DNA of 64,000 nt, from positions 94,944 to 158,943 of the forward strand of contig CAWBYW010000011.1 in assembly GCA_963792965.1 (NCBI GenBank). Direction: 5' to 3'. The translations under genes and the position numbers were made by a program. This document shows positions 22,845-33,529 of the stretch, in pieces. The notes under the pieces are model-generated. The model did not search any database. It had not been told where the DNA came from and was given only the letters and a program-made list of their open reading frames with translations. Positions within the stretch are counted from its first letter, which is position 1. Each line of letters starts with the position of its first letter. The stretch comes from an uncultured delta proteobacterium (GTDB lineage: Bacteria; Desulfobacterota; Zymogenia; Zymogenales; Zymogenaceae).

Positions 22845-24194
22845 ATGAAAAAACTCTTCGGGACCGACGGAATCCGCGGCGTCGCCAATGAAGAGCCGAT
22901 GACTACCGAGACCGCCATGAAGGTGGGCAGGGCCACCGCCTACATCTTCAAGGGGGGCACAAAGCGCCATCGCATCGTTATCGGCAAGGACACGCGGCTT
23001 TCCGGTTACATGCTCGAGACGGCGCTGGCCTCCGGCATCTGCTCAATGGGGGCCGACGTGCTCCTCGTTGGACCGCTCCCGACGCCGGGCATCGCCTTTA
23101 TAACCTCGAGCATGCGGGCCGACGCTGGGGTCGTTATCTCGGCCTCCCATAACCCGTTTCAGGACAACGGCATCAAGATATTCTCCGGCGACGGATTTAA
23201 GCTCCCGGACGAGAAGGAAAGCCAGATCGAGCGGCTCATCTTCTCCGAAGAGCTGGATAAACTTCGCCCCACCGCATCCGAGGTCGGTAAGGCCTTCCGG
23301 GTGGAAGACGCGGTGGGGAGATACGTCGTGTTCCTCAAGGGCGCCTTTCCGAAAGACCTGGACCTGTCGGGCATGAAGATCGCGGTGGACTGCGCGCACG
23401 GGGCCGCCTACAAGGTGGCGCCCGCCGTCTTCGAGGAACTCGGGGCGCACGTGGTCACCTGCGGACATGATCCCGACGGCGAAAACATCAATGCCGGCTG
23501 CGGCTCCCTCTATCCCGAGGTGGTCAGAGGGCTCGTCAAGGAGTCGGGGGCCGACATCGGGATTGCGCTCGACGGTGACGCCGATCGGGTCATCGTTGTC
23601 GACGAGAAGGGCACGGAGTTCAACGGCGACAAGATCATGGCCGTCTGCGCCCGCCAGATGATGGAAAACCGTGAGCTCGTCGACGGCGTGCTCGTGGCCA
23701 CCGTCATGAGCAACATGGGTCTTGAGCTCTTCATGAAAGAGATGGGCGGGCGGCTCATCCGCACCCAGGTGGGTGACCGATACGTGGTGGAGAAGATGAT
23801 CAAGGGTCGCTATAACCTCGGGGGAGAGCAATCCGGGCACATCATCTTCCTGGACTATAACACCACCGGGGACGGCATCCTTTCGGCCCTCATGCTCCTT
23901 TCGGTTATGGTCAGGAAGCAGAAGCGCCTCTCGGAGCTGGCCGGCATCATCACGGATTTCCCCCAGGTCCTCAAAAACGTCCAGGTGAAGCGCAGGGCAA
24001 ATCTGTCGGAGATACCGACCGTCGCCGAGGCGATTTCGCAGGCGGAGAGCCGGCTGGGCGATAGGGGAAGGGTCCTCGTGCGTTTCTCGGGGACGGAAAA
24101 CAAGGTGCGGGTGATGCTCGAGGGTCAGGACGAGACGCTTATCGCAGATCTTGCCTCCGGGATTGCGGACGCGATCGAGAGGGAGCTCGCATGA
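22845..24194 (+). CDS. glmM: Phosphoglucosamine mutase
   Basis: [30 protein letters not shown]. Confidence 0.97.
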   Translation: MKKLFGTDGIRGVANEEPMTTETAMKVGRATAYIFKGGTKRHRIVIGKDTRLSGYMLETALASGICSMGADVLLVGPLPTPGIAFITSSMRADAGVVISASHNPFQDNGIKIFSGDGFKLPDEKESQIERLIFSEELDKLRPTASEVGKAFRVEDAVGRYVVFLKGAFPKDLDLSGMKIAVDCAHGAAYKVAPAVFEELGAHVVTCGHDPDGENINAGCGSLYPEVVRGLVKESGADIGIALDGDADRVIVVDEKGTEFNGDKIMAVCARQMMENRELVDGVLVATVMSNMGLELFMKEMGGRLIRTQVGDRYVVEKMIKGRYNLGGEQSGHIIFLDYNTTGDGILSALMLLSVMVRKQKRLSELAGIITDFPQVLKNVQVKRRANLSEIPTVAEAISQAESRLGDRGRVLVRFSGTENKVRVMLEGQDETLIADLASGIADAIERELA

Positions 24195-24567
24195 TCCTTT
24201 CCGTCGGGACCGACGCCCTTGAGATCGGACGGATGGCGCTTGCCCTCAGGCGTCAGGGGAAGGGATTTGAGCGGCGGATCTTCACCGAGGCGGAGAACGC
24301 GTACTGCGGCGAAAGAAAAACCCCGCCTCATCGTACGCCGCCCGTTTTTCCGCCAAGGAGGCGACCCTCAAGGCGCTTGGCCGGGGGCTTTTCCAGGGGG
24401 CGGCGATGAGGGACATCGAGGTGGTCAGGGGGCCGCGGGGGAAACCGTCGATTCGCCTTCACGGTGGGGCGCTGAGGATTTTCGAGGAACTAGGCGGAAA
24501 GACGATCCACCTCTCACTGACCCATTCGCGGGACATCTCCTTTGCGGTGGTGATTTTCGAGGGGTAG
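24191..24567 (+). CDS. acpS: Holo-[acyl-carrier-protein] synthase; frameshift near 24330
   Basis: MILSVGTD...RIFTEAE..YC; after the shift [14 protein letters not shown]...GKP...IHLSLTH; ATGA overlap with glmM. Confidence 0.88.
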
Positions 24568-24697
24568 GCGTGCCATAGGCCGGCATCCGCGGAAGCCCGG
24601 CGGCAGAGAGAAGAAAACTGGACGGCACTTTTTGAGAAAGGTGTCACCCGTGTCGTGCGGAGTATCCTGGAGATGTACAGAGGGCTCGGATAACGAT

Positions 24698-26289
24698 ATG
24701 AAAGCCGTGACCGCACAGATCATCCGCGAGCTCGACCGGCGCGCCATCGAGGAGTACGGTATCTCCGGCTCGGTCCTCATGGAAAACGCCGGCGGGGGGA
24801 CGGCACGCATCCTCCTGGATCGTTTTCCCGAGGTCTACCGAAGAGGTGCGACGATCGTGGCCGGCACCGGCAACAACGGGGGGGACGGTTTCGTCATCGC
24901 CCGGCATCTTGCCAACCGGGGGGTTGAGGCGGACGTCTTTCTGGTCGGCGACGAGACGAAGGTACGCGCCGGGGAATCGGCCAATAACCTGGCGGTCCTC
25001 AAGAAGATGGGGGTCGCGGTGGTACCTGTCGGACGCGACGAGGACGTGGCGGCGCTTGTCGAGTCGGTCCGAACGCGGGGTATCGTCGTGGACGCGCTTT
25101 TCGGCACGGGGCTCGAGCGGGAGGTGACGGGGATCTTCGCCCGTGTAGTGGCGGTCATGAACGAAGGGCGCCCGATTCTCGCCGTGGACGTCCCTTCGGG
25201 GATCTCGTCGGACACGGGAAGGGTGCTCGGATGCGCCGTCAAGGCGGACGTGACGGTAACGTTTGCGCTGCCGAAGGTGGGAAGCCTCATCTACCCCGCC
25301 GCCGACTACGTCGGGGAGCTGGTCGTCCTTGATATCTCGATTCCGGCGAAACTCGTCGAGGCCTCCCCGATCAGAGACTACGTCCTCGAGCCGGGGGATT
25401 TTGCCCCCATCACGGCCGGGAGGCATGCGGACAGCCACAAAGGGGATTTCGGCCATCTGTTGATCGTGGCCGGCTCACGCGGCAAATCCGGCGCCGCCGT
25501 CCTGTGCGGGACGGGGGCGTTACTCGCGGGTGCGGGGCTGGTGACGATCGGTGCGCCCCAGTCTCAACTTGACAACATTGCTGTGAGGCTGACGGAGGCG
25601 ATGACCGAGCCGCTGCCCGATGACGTGGGGGCGCTGGGCCGCTCGGCTTTCGAGAGGATCGAAGCGGTCACCCTTGGAAAGAGCGCCGTGGCGCTCGGGC
25701 CCGGGCTCGGGACCGGTGCGGGAGCTGTTGCGGCGGTGCGGAGGCTCATCGAAAAGGTCGCTCTCCCGCTGGTGATAGACGCCGATGGGATCAACGCGAT
25801 CGCGACCGATACGACGATCCTCAAGCGGAAGAAGGGCTCGATCATCCTGACGCCGCACCCGGGAGAGATGGGCAGGCTCGTCGGGAAGTCGGCCGGGGAA
25901 GTTCAGGAGGACAGGATCGGGATTTCGCGGAGGTTCGCGGCCGATTTCGGCATCTATGTGGTGCTGAAGGGTGCACGGACGATCATCGCCGAGCCGTCCG
26001 GAGACGTATATATCTCCATGGGCGGCAACCCCGGAATGGCCTCCGGGGGGATGGGAGACGTGCTTAACGGGGCTCGTCGGGGGCTTCCTGGCGGCCTCGG
26101 GTGATGCGTCTGTCTCGGCACGGGCGGGCGTATTCATCCACGCCGCCGCCGGAGATCGGGCGGCGCGGCGGGTGGGGGAGATTTCCCTTGTCGCCGGAGA
26201 CCTCATCCAGTGACGTGCCGGGGGTAATCAATGCGCTCTCATGCGGGGAAGGTCGGGCCATCGGGTGCGGTATTGAACGCATCTTTTAG
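24698..26289 (+). CDS. nnr: Bifunctional NAD(P)HX epimerase/dehydratase (YjeF); frameshifts near the 3' end (~26070, ~26210)
   Basis: LMENAG, GNNGGDG, DALFGTG, AVDVPSG, HKGDFG, VIDADG, TPHPGEM, GGMGDVL. Confidence 0.92.
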
Positions 26290-26340
26290 GGACGGCCCGG
26301 TCGAGCCGGGAAACGCAGGGCGAAGCGCGGTGTCACACTT

Positions 26341-26841
26341 ATGGGGCAGGGGCACACAGAGATTGAGGTCTTCACCGGATCCGCCGACGAGACGCTCTCG
26401 CTTGGCCGCGCCCTCGGCAAGCACGCCCGTCCCGGCACGGTGCTGTGCCTGTTTGGCGATCTCGGAGCGGGTAAGACGAAGCTGGCCCAGGGGATCGCGG
26501 GGGGGCTCGGCGTTCCTAAGACATACGTGGTGACGAGCCCGACCTTCACCTTTGTCAACGAATACCCGGGGAGGCTCCCCCTCTACCACATCGACCTTTA
26601 CCGTATCTCGTCGCCCGAGGAGCTTTCCGACCTCGGTTTTGAGGAATACGTGGACGGAAACGGGGTCGTGGTGATCGAGTGGGCGGAGCGGGCGGGGCGA
26701 CTTTTGCCGTCGCGCCGGATAGACGTGGCCATTACGATCCTTTCGGAAACGGGGCGCAGATTCAAATTCGACTTCATCGGCATCGACGGAACACTGAAGG
26801 ATATGCTGATTGACCATACACACACGCATGAAGGAGGTTAG
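26341..26841 (+). CDS. tsaE: tRNA threonylcarbamoyladenosine biosynthesis ATPase
   Basis: GDLGAGKT, TSPTF, HIDLYR, IEWA. Confidence 0.96.
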   Translation: MGQGHTEIEVFTGSADETLSLGRALGKHARPGTVLCLFGDLGAGKTKLAQGIAGGLGVPKTYVVTSPTFTFVNEYPGRLPLYHIDLYRISSPEELSDLGFEEYVDGNGVVVIEWAERAGRLLPSRRIDVAITILSETGRRFKFDFIGIDGTLKDMLIDHTHTHEGG

Positions 26842-26850
26842 AGAAATCCT

Positions 26851-28095
26851 GTGGCACTGATCGTTCAGAAATACGGTGGAACCTCGGTAGGAAACTTGGA
26901 TCGTATCGCCAACGTGGCAAAGCGGGTCATTAAGACGAGAGAGGCCGGAAACGACACGGTGGTCGTCCTGTCGGCGATGTCCGGCGAGACCGATCGACTC
27001 CTCGACCTGGCCAAGAAGATCAATCCCCGCCCCAACGAGCGGGAACTTGACGTGCTGGTCTCCACGGGAGAGCAGGTGACGGTGGCGCTGTTGTCTATGA
27101 TGCTTTCCGACATGGGCGTGCCCGCGCGATCGTTTCTGGGCTACCAGGTGAAGATACTGACCGACAACTCGTTCACGAGGGCCCGCATCACCGACATCGA
27201 GGAAAAGGTCATCCGCGACGAGCTCAAGAGGGGGACGGTGGTGGTCGTGGCGGGGTTCCAGGGGGTGGATAACGACGGCAACATCACCACGCTCGGGCGC
27301 GGAGGATCGGACACCACGGCGGTTGCGCTGGCGGCGGCGCTCAAGGCCGACCTCTGCGAGATCTACACCGACGTGGACGGGGTCTACACCACCGACCCGA
27401 ACATCTGCCCCAACGCGAGGAAGCTTGCGAAGATCTCATATGACGAGATGCTCGAGATGGCAAGCCTTGGGGCCAAAGTCCTTCACACGCGGTCGGTGGA
27501 GTTTGCCAAGAAATATAACGTCCCCGTGGTGGTGAAGTCGAGCTTCACCGACGGGGCCGGGACAATCGTTACGGAAGAGGATAGGGATATGGAACAGGTC
27601 GTCGTTTCGGGGATCGCCTACAACGTCAATGAGGCAAAGCTGACCATACGGGGTGTCGCCGACAGGCCGGGGATCGCCTCGCGACTCTTCGGCGCCATCG
27701 CCGGGGCCGACATCATCGTGGACATGATCATCCAGAACGTGAGCGCGGACAACAGCGCCGATATCACCTTTACCGTGCCGAAGAGCGACCTGGCGAAGGC
27801 CCGGGAGATCCTTGACGGCCTCAGGGGGGAGCTCGCGGCCCGGGAGATCATCGCCGACGAGAATATCTCCAAGGTCTCGATCGTCGGCGTCGGCATGCGA
27901 AGCCACGCCGGGGTGGCGTCGCAGATGTTCAAGGCGCTGGCGTCGGAGGGGATCAATATCCTGATGATCAGCACCTCCGAGATCAAGGTCTCCTGCGCCA
28001 TCGAGCGCAAGTATACGGAGCTCGCCGTCAGGGTGCTGCACGACACGTTCGAGCTCGGCGCGGAGGAGCCCAAAGTCTCCAAGGAAGAATTGTAG
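26851..28095 (+). CDS. lysC: Aspartate kinase
   Basis: [27 protein letters not shown], two ACT domains. Confidence 0.97.
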   Translation: MALIVQKYGGTSVGNLDRIANVAKRVIKTREAGNDTVVVLSAMSGETDRLLDLAKKINPRPNERELDVLVSTGEQVTVALLSMMLSDMGVPARSFLGYQVKILTDNSFTRARITDIEEKVIRDELKRGTVVVVAGFQGVDNDGNITTLGRGGSDTTAVALAAALKADLCEIYTDVDGVYTTDPNICPNARKLAKISYDEMLEMASLGAKVLHTRSVEFAKKYNVPVVVKSSFTDGAGTIVTEEDRDMEQVVVSGIAYNVNEAKLTIRGVADRPGIASRLFGAIAGADIIVDMIIQNVSADNSADITFTVPKSDLAKAREILDGLRGELAAREIIADENISKVSIVGVGMRSHAGVASQMFKALASEGINILMISTSEIKVSCAIERKYTELAVRVLHDTFELGAEEPKVSKEEL

Positions 28096-28105
28096 GGAAC
28101 AGCCT

Positions 28106-29695
28106 ATGCGGTTTGTCAAGATCTATGACACGACGCTCAGGGACGGCGCCCAGGCCGAAGATATCTCGTTTGTCCTGGACGATAAGCTGCGCATCGCCAA
28201 GAAGCTCGACGAGCTGGGTGTCCACTATATTGAGGGCGGGTGGCCCGGGGCCAACCCGAAGGACGACAAGTTCTTTGCCGCCGTCAGGACGATGCGGTTC
28301 AACATCGCCAAGATCGCGGCCTTCGGAAGCACCCGCAAGAAGGCTACCGCCCCGGAAAATGACGAGATGCTTGGGCTGTTGATTGCCGCGGGCACGGACG
28401 TCGTGACGATCGTCGGTAAATCGTGGGACATCCACGTGACGGCGGCGCTCGGCGTGACGCTTGAAGAAAACCTCGCCATGATCGGCGATACGCTCGCCTA
28501 TCTCCGCCCGAAGACCAAGGAGCTCTTCTTTGACGCCGAGCATTTCTTCAGCGGATTCAAGGCGGACCCGGACTACGCCCTGTCGACCATCAAGCGGGCC
28601 GAGGCCGCCGGTGTCGATTGTATCGTGTTGTGCGACACCAACGGCGGCATGATGCCCTGGGAGATCAGGGAGATTGTCGGCCGCGTCAAGAGCGAGGTAT
28701 CGACGCCGCTGGGCATCCACTGCCACGAGGACAACGGCCTTGCCACGGCAAACTCGCTCATCGCGGTGGAGATGGGGGTCGACCAGGTGCAGGGGACCGT
28801 CAACGGCTATGGGGAGCGGTGCGGCAACGCAAACCTCTGCACGATCATCCCCAACCTCAAGATCAAGATGGGCATCGAGTGTATCTCCGACAAGCAGCTC
28901 GAGCGGCTCAAAGAGGTCTCCCGGTTCGTGGACGAGATGGCGAACCGCGTGCCCGACAAGCACCGGCCCTACGTGGGGGAGAGCGCCTTTGCCCACAAGG
29001 GGGGCATCCACGCCTCCGCCGTCATGAAAAACCCCCTCACCTATGAGCATGTCGACCCGCGGCTCGTCGGCAACGAGCAGCGCATCCTCGTCTCCGACCA
29101 GTCGGGGCTGTCCAGCATCCGGCTGAAGGCGCGGCAGTTCGGCATCGATCTTTCCTCCGAGGACGAAAAGACCAGGGGGCTCGTCAAACAGGTCAAGGAG
29201 CTGGAGGGAAAGGGCTACCAGTTCGAGGGGGCCGACGCCTCCTTTGAGCTCCTCATGAACCGCGCCCTCGGCAAGTACAAGCCCTACTTCACGCTGCGGG
29301 GCTTTCGGATCATCGCGGAGCGGCGCACCGGCGACAAGGAGCCGCTGGCCGAGGCCACCATCATGATCGACGTGGACGGCCGCGTCGAGCACACCGCCGC
29401 TACGGGCAACGGGCCGGTCAACGCGCTGGATAATGCCATCAGAAAGGCGCTGGAAAAGTTCTACCCCGAGCTTTCCGAGATGAGGCTTCTGGACTATAAG
29501 GTGCGGGTCCTCACCACCGAGGACGGGACGGGGGCCACGGTCCGGGTCCTCATCGAGTCGGGCGACAAGGAGGACACCTGGGAGACGGTAGGGGTCGACC
29601 AGAACATCATCCAGGCCAGCTGGAGCGCGCTGGTGGACAGCATCGAGTATAAGCTCTACAAGGACGAGAAGAAGCGACGGGCACGGGGCGAATAG
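28106..29695 (+). CDS. cimA: Citramalate synthase (LeuA/CimA family)
   Basis: [48 protein letters not shown]-terminal regulatory domain. Confidence 0.9.
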   Translation: MRFVKIYDTTLRDGAQAEDISFVLDDKLRIAKKLDELGVHYIEGGWPGANPKDDKFFAAVRTMRFNIAKIAAFGSTRKKATAPENDEMLGLLIAAGTDVVTIVGKSWDIHVTAALGVTLEENLAMIGDTLAYLRPKTKELFFDAEHFFSGFKADPDYALSTIKRAEAAGVDCIVLCDTNGGMMPWEIREIVGRVKSEVSTPLGIHCHEDNGLATANSLIAVEMGVDQVQGTVNGYGERCGNANLCTIIPNLKIKMGIECISDKQLERLKEVSRFVDEMANRVPDKHRPYVGESAFAHKGGIHASAVMKNPLTYEHVDPRLVGNEQRILVSDQSGLSSIRLKARQFGIDLSSEDEKTRGLVKQVKELEGKGYQFEGADASFELLMNRALGKYKPYFTLRGFRIIAERRTGDKEPLAEATIMIDVDGRVEHTAATGNGPVNALDNAIRKALEKFYPELSEMRLLDYKVRVLTTEDGTGATVRVLIESGDKEDTWETVGVDQNIIQASWSALVDSIEYKLYKDEKKRRARGE

Positions 29696-29849
29696 CATAG
29701 TGGACCAGGAACTGCCGGGCGCGGTCGCAGGGGCGGGATACACGGCCCCGTTTACAGGATTTGCGCCGGCGGCCCCGACCGATCCGAGCGACGTTTGGAC
29801 GGGTCACGTCGTGTCCAATAAATACCCTATCACCATCTCCTCGCAGTGA

Positions 29850-30800
29850 ATGAACGATTCATTTAAGGATTTCCCGGATACCCCCCAGGACCTTCCCCAA
29901 AACGAGGGAACGCCTTGTCCCGAAGATGATCATCACGCCAAAGCCGAAGCACCACCGCCGCCCGACCCCGGGATGCTGCGTTTTAGGCCGGCGATCGTCT
30001 TGATCGCGGCGCTTCTCGTCACCGTTACGCTTGCGTCCTCTCTTGCCCGGTGGATGGACGAGCGGGCCGGCCCCGAAAAACCGATATCCGGCGTCGTCGT
30101 CCGGGGACCGGAGGGGAGAGCTGAGATCCTGCCGAAAGGGACGACCGTCGGGGAGGCGCTCGGGACATGGGACGTGGATACGGTGGGGCTGGACAAAAAG
30201 GTATTGAAGACAAGGCTCTCGGACGGCACGTGCATCACAATCGTCGAGACACACGGCACGCGTGAGGTGAAAATCGGTGAGATGCAGCCGGCGGAGCGCA
30301 TCGCGGCGGGACTTCCCTTCGACGTCAACGAGGCGACCGCGCCCGAGCTTGACCTGATCCCGAACGTTGGGGAGGCGACGGCGCGCCTGATTGTCTCCTA
30401 CCGCACGGCGCACGGGCCGTTTGAATCTGCCGCGGACCTCGAAAGGGTGCCCGAGCTCGGCACAAAGAAGGCCCGCGAGATCGCCGCCTACGTCACCTTC
30501 GGGGAGGAGCCGAAGACGGATGCGGACCGAGGGGACACCGCCTCCCTTGGTGCGGGCGGGGAGGAAAAAGAGGCCCCGTCAAACGATAAGCTGACGCAGT
30601 CCGATCGGCCCATCGACATCAACGGGGCTTCCCTCGACGAGCTGATGCGCATCCCCGGCGTGGGGGAGGTGACGGCACAGCGGATCATCAACTACCGGAC
30701 GAAGAACGGCCCACTCAAGAGCATCGCCGATCTCGAAAAGGTCGAGGGGATAGGGGAGAAGAAGGCGGAGAAGATCGGCGCGTATGTTAATTTCGAGTAG
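29850..30800 (+). CDS. comEA: ComEA-family DNA-binding protein with TM anchor and two HhH modules
   Basis: DVNEAT..EL..IPNVGEATA and IDINGAS.DEL..IPGVGEVTAQRII...VEGIGEKK. Confidence 0.85.
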   Translation: MNDSFKDFPDTPQDLPQNEGTPCPEDDHHAKAEAPPPPDPGMLRFRPAIVLIAALLVTVTLASSLARWMDERAGPEKPISGVVVRGPEGRAEILPKGTTVGEALGTWDVDTVGLDKKVLKTRLSDGTCITIVETHGTREVKIGEMQPAERIAAGLPFDVNEATAPELDLIPNVGEATARLIVSYRTAHGPFESAADLERVPELGTKKAREIAAYVTFGEEPKTDADRGDTASLGAGGEEKEAPSNDKLTQSDRPIDINGASLDELMRIPGVGEVTAQRIINYRTKNGPLKSIADLEKVEGIGEKKAEKIGAYVNFE

Positions 30801-30812
30801 TATGGGACGGGC

Positions 30813-31508
30813 CTAACCAGCATCCTGACTTAATCCCAAAGCATTAATGAAACGTTGGAAGCTTGCGGTGAGTATACCTTGATCGCTTTCGTAACCTAAA
30901 TGTCCACCTACCAGAGTCTTATAAAGTCCTGTCCTGTTCAACCGCGTTAGAAAACCTGGTATTAATTCTCTTGATATTCCTATGGATCCTTCTATTTCGT
31001 CAAGAAGGTTCTCCCAGTACTTTTCTATTAATTCGTAGTCTATCCCCTCTTTTGGTTGAGGATTTTCTAATTCGTACCTGTAAATTAACCTGAGTATTTC
31101 AAACTCACGGTAACCTAGGTCATCTAGAATGGACAGAAATTCCTCATACTCATCCGTTTGCTCGAATTGCTTCCTTTCACAATAGCCTGAAAAAAGAGAG
31201 GAAAAGAGCCTAATTTTCTCTTCACGCTTAGTATTTAGGACGTAATGCACCGTACAAAAGTAAGCATGCAGGAAATCATTATTTTTAACATCCTCCGGGG
31301 TAAGCTCTATCTTTCTCCTCTCCAAATTATTAAAAAATGTCCGAAGGCGTTTTTCGCGGATACCTCTTATTGTCTCTACCAGAAACACATCAAGTGCAGA
31401 GCCAATTCCCTTTGGAACTAATTGAATAAGCCCACGTATTATAGGATTGTGCTCATAGTATTTCTCTACCTTTTCAGCCAATTCCTTAACGATCTTATCA
31501 TCAATCAT
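30813..31508 (-). CDS. AT-rich hypothetical protein, possibly Abi-alpha/DUF4393-like
   Basis: Intact 231-aa ORF; ATG abuts cupin stop; LIQLVP.GIGSALD N-terminus and wHTH-like C-terminus; family assignment is a resemblance only. Confidence 0.6.
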   Translation of the reverse strand: MIDDKIVKELAEKVEKYYEHNPIIRGLIQLVPKGIGSALDVFLVETIRGIREKRLRTFFNNLERRKIELTPEDVKNNDFLHAYFCTVHYVLNTKREEKIRLFSSLFSGYCERKQFEQTDEYEEFLSILDDLGYREFEILRLIYRYELENPQPKEGIDYELIEKYWENLLDEIEGSIGISRELIPGFLTRLNRTGLYKTLVGGHLGYESDQGILTASFQRFINALGLSQDAG

Positions 31509-31868
31509 CTAAATCCGCTCCACCTCCGTCTTCGTCCGCTCGTTTTGCACCTCGCCGGTGTTCACCGTGGTCTTCGGCTCAAAAAGCATCACGTCTACTT
31601 CTTCCGGAGCCACCGGCATATGCTCGACGCCGTGGGGGATGATGAGGAACTCGCCCTCGGAGATCCGGATGTCCCGGTCGCGAAACCGGATCGTGAGCGC
31701 GCCCTTCACGACGAAGAACATCTCGTCCTCCACGTCATGGGTGTGCCACATAAACTCGCCCTTGAGTTTGGCGAGCTTAAGGTAGTAGTCGCCGATCTCT
31801 CCGACCACCTTTGGGCTCCAGAGGTCGGAGAAGAGGGAGAATTTGTGTTTAAGATTTACTTTTTCCAT
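31509..31868 (-). CDS. Cupin domain protein
   Basis: WSPKVVG, GEFMWHTHDVEDEMF, GEFLIIPHGVEHMP. Confidence 0.9.
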   Translation of the reverse strand: MEKVNLKHKFSLFSDLWSPKVVGEIGDYYLKLAKLKGEFMWHTHDVEDEMFFVVKGALTIRFRDRDIRISEGEFLIIPHGVEHMPVAPEEVDVMLFEPKTTVNTGEVQNERTKTEVERI

Positions 31869-31936
31869 CGATTGTATCCGATAATATAAGGTATGCGGTT
31901 TGGCTCGAGATGACCGGGTGGAACAGAAGAGCCAAA

Positions 31937-31960
31937 GGGCGGCATATATGCCGCCCCTAC
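31937..31960 (-). repeat. GTAG-type REP-like palindrome
   Basis: Reverse complement GTAG-GGGCGGCAT-AT-ATGCCGCCC, intergenic. Confidence 0.55.
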
Positions 31961-32022
31961 GAACCCCAATTTAGATCGAACCTGAAGACGGGGTCCCTGC
32001 AAAACGCGGCTGTCGTGGGGTG

Positions 32023-33381
32023 TCACAGCCCCATGATCTTCTTTGTCTCTTCCTTCGTATCGCCGAGCTTATACGGGATGAAGAAGAGGAGTCCCACGAG
32101 GCACGAGGCCGCGCAGAAGGCCCACACCATCCTGACGCCGAGGGCGTTCTCCACGCTGTAGCCGAAAAGCGCCAGCACCCCGTTGAGTATCACAGCCGAG
32201 AAGGCCCAACCGGTCTTGCGGACAAAGCCGTATATGCCGAAATAGATCGCCTCTTTCCTCTTTCCCGTCTTTAGCTCTCCGTAATCGGTGAGGTCGGCGA
32301 TGATGAGGAGCGACAGCAGAAAGACCCCGCCGAGGGGCACGGCCGCCAGCGGAAAGACGATCATCGCCTGGACGAAGGGCGAAAGGACCGGATACCAGCC
32401 GATGAAAAAACTCAGCCCAAAACCACCGATCATGGCGGCGATCACTCCACGGAAGACGTGCCGCTTCGGGTATTTCTTGACGAGCCAGTACCAGAGGGGA
32501 ACCGATATCGCCATGGCGATGATCACCTCACCGATCAGGATCGACGAGTCGGCCTTGTTTCTCTTGAGGATGAGCTCGGTTAGGTAGGGCGTGTTCATGA
32601 GCATGAGCTGGTAGGTGAGCTGCACGAGCGTGATCATCGCGGCAAAGGAGAATATCTGCCGGTCTGCAAAGGCCTCCTTCATCGCCTTGAAGAACCCGGA
32701 CATCTTTTCGGCCTCGTCGATCTTGTGACGCTGCTTGATGCCAAACAGCGTCAGCTCCCCGGCGATGAACCCGACGACGCCGAGGATCAGCGCCATCACG
32801 AAGATTCCGTACTTCGCCATCAGGGGGCCCGAGAGGCCGCCGGCGACGAGCGCGCCGAGGATGCCGAGCGCCACCCCAACAGAAGCTATCTTGGCGCGGT
32901 CGTCCTTCTTGGGGCTCATCTCCGGCAGCACCGCAAACCAGGGGATGAGCACGAGCGTATAGGCCCAGTAGTAAAAGAAAAAGACGACCGCGATATAGAG
33001 GATATTGATCGAGCTGGCGGCGGCCATTGGCGGCGTCCAGACCAGGAGAAACGAGATGAACAGGATCGGGGTTGCCAGGAAAATGTACGGTTTCCTCCGC
33101 CCCCAGCGGCTCTTCGTGTGGTCGCTCCAGTAACCGACGAGGGGGTCGGTAAGGGCATCGAGTATCCGGCCGCCGAAGAGGACGGCGGCGATCGTGAACG
33201 CCGCGGCCGGCAGGTAACGGATGGCCGCCGAAGAGGACGGCGGGTTATAGAAATAGTTCACCCAGGTATAGAGGACGGTATCGTAGACGTTGAACGCCAG
33301 GCCCGCCATGCTATAGAGGATGATCTCGGTCATGGTGAGCGGGCCGGTATAAAGCGCGCCGTTTGCGTGGGGTTTTCGCAT
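32023..33381 (-). CDS. MFS transporter, GPH/MelB (MFS_2) family
   Basis: DALTDPLVGYWSDHTKSRWGRRKPY; IADLTDY.ELKTGKRKEAIYFG. Confidence 0.92.
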   Translation of the reverse strand: MRKPHANGALYTGPLTMTEIILYSMAGLAFNVYDTVLYTWVNYFYNPPSSSAAIRYLPAAAFTIAAVLFGGRILDALTDPLVGYWSDHTKSRWGRRKPYIFLATPILFISFLLVWTPPMAAASSINILYIAVVFFFYYWAYTLVLIPWFAVLPEMSPKKDDRAKIASVGVALGILGALVAGGLSGPLMAKYGIFVMALILGVVGFIAGELTLFGIKQRHKIDEAEKMSGFFKAMKEAFADRQIFSFAAMITLVQLTYQLMLMNTPYLTELILKRNKADSSILIGEVIIAMAISVPLWYWLVKKYPKRHVFRGVIAAMIGGFGLSFFIGWYPVLSPFVQAMIVFPLAAVPLGGVFLLSLLIIADLTDYGELKTGKRKEAIYFGIYGFVRKTGWAFSAVILNGVLALFGYSVENALGVRMVWAFCAASCLVGLLFFIPYKLGDTKEETKKIMGL

Positions 33382-33529
33382 GTTTTTCTCCCGAAAAAGC
33401 GATGGATGGCTCAACTCTATCCAAAGAGCCCCGTGTTGTCAAAGTATTTTATTGCCGACCCGGATCCGGGTTGACATCGCCTTGTCATACGTGATACTAA
33501 TTTCTCGATACCTATAGAAGGAGAGAATC

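Noticed and set aside
21807-26289. Programmed frameshifting or pseudogenes in folP, acpS and nnr
   Set aside because: No shared slippery motif noted; the window-wide indel pattern is better explained by sequencing error
28028-29743. Long antisense ORFs (571 aa here; also 35484-37436, 11699-13051, 17476-18627)
   Set aside because: Shadow frames of GC-rich, codon-biased genes on the opposite strand, with no recognisable motifs
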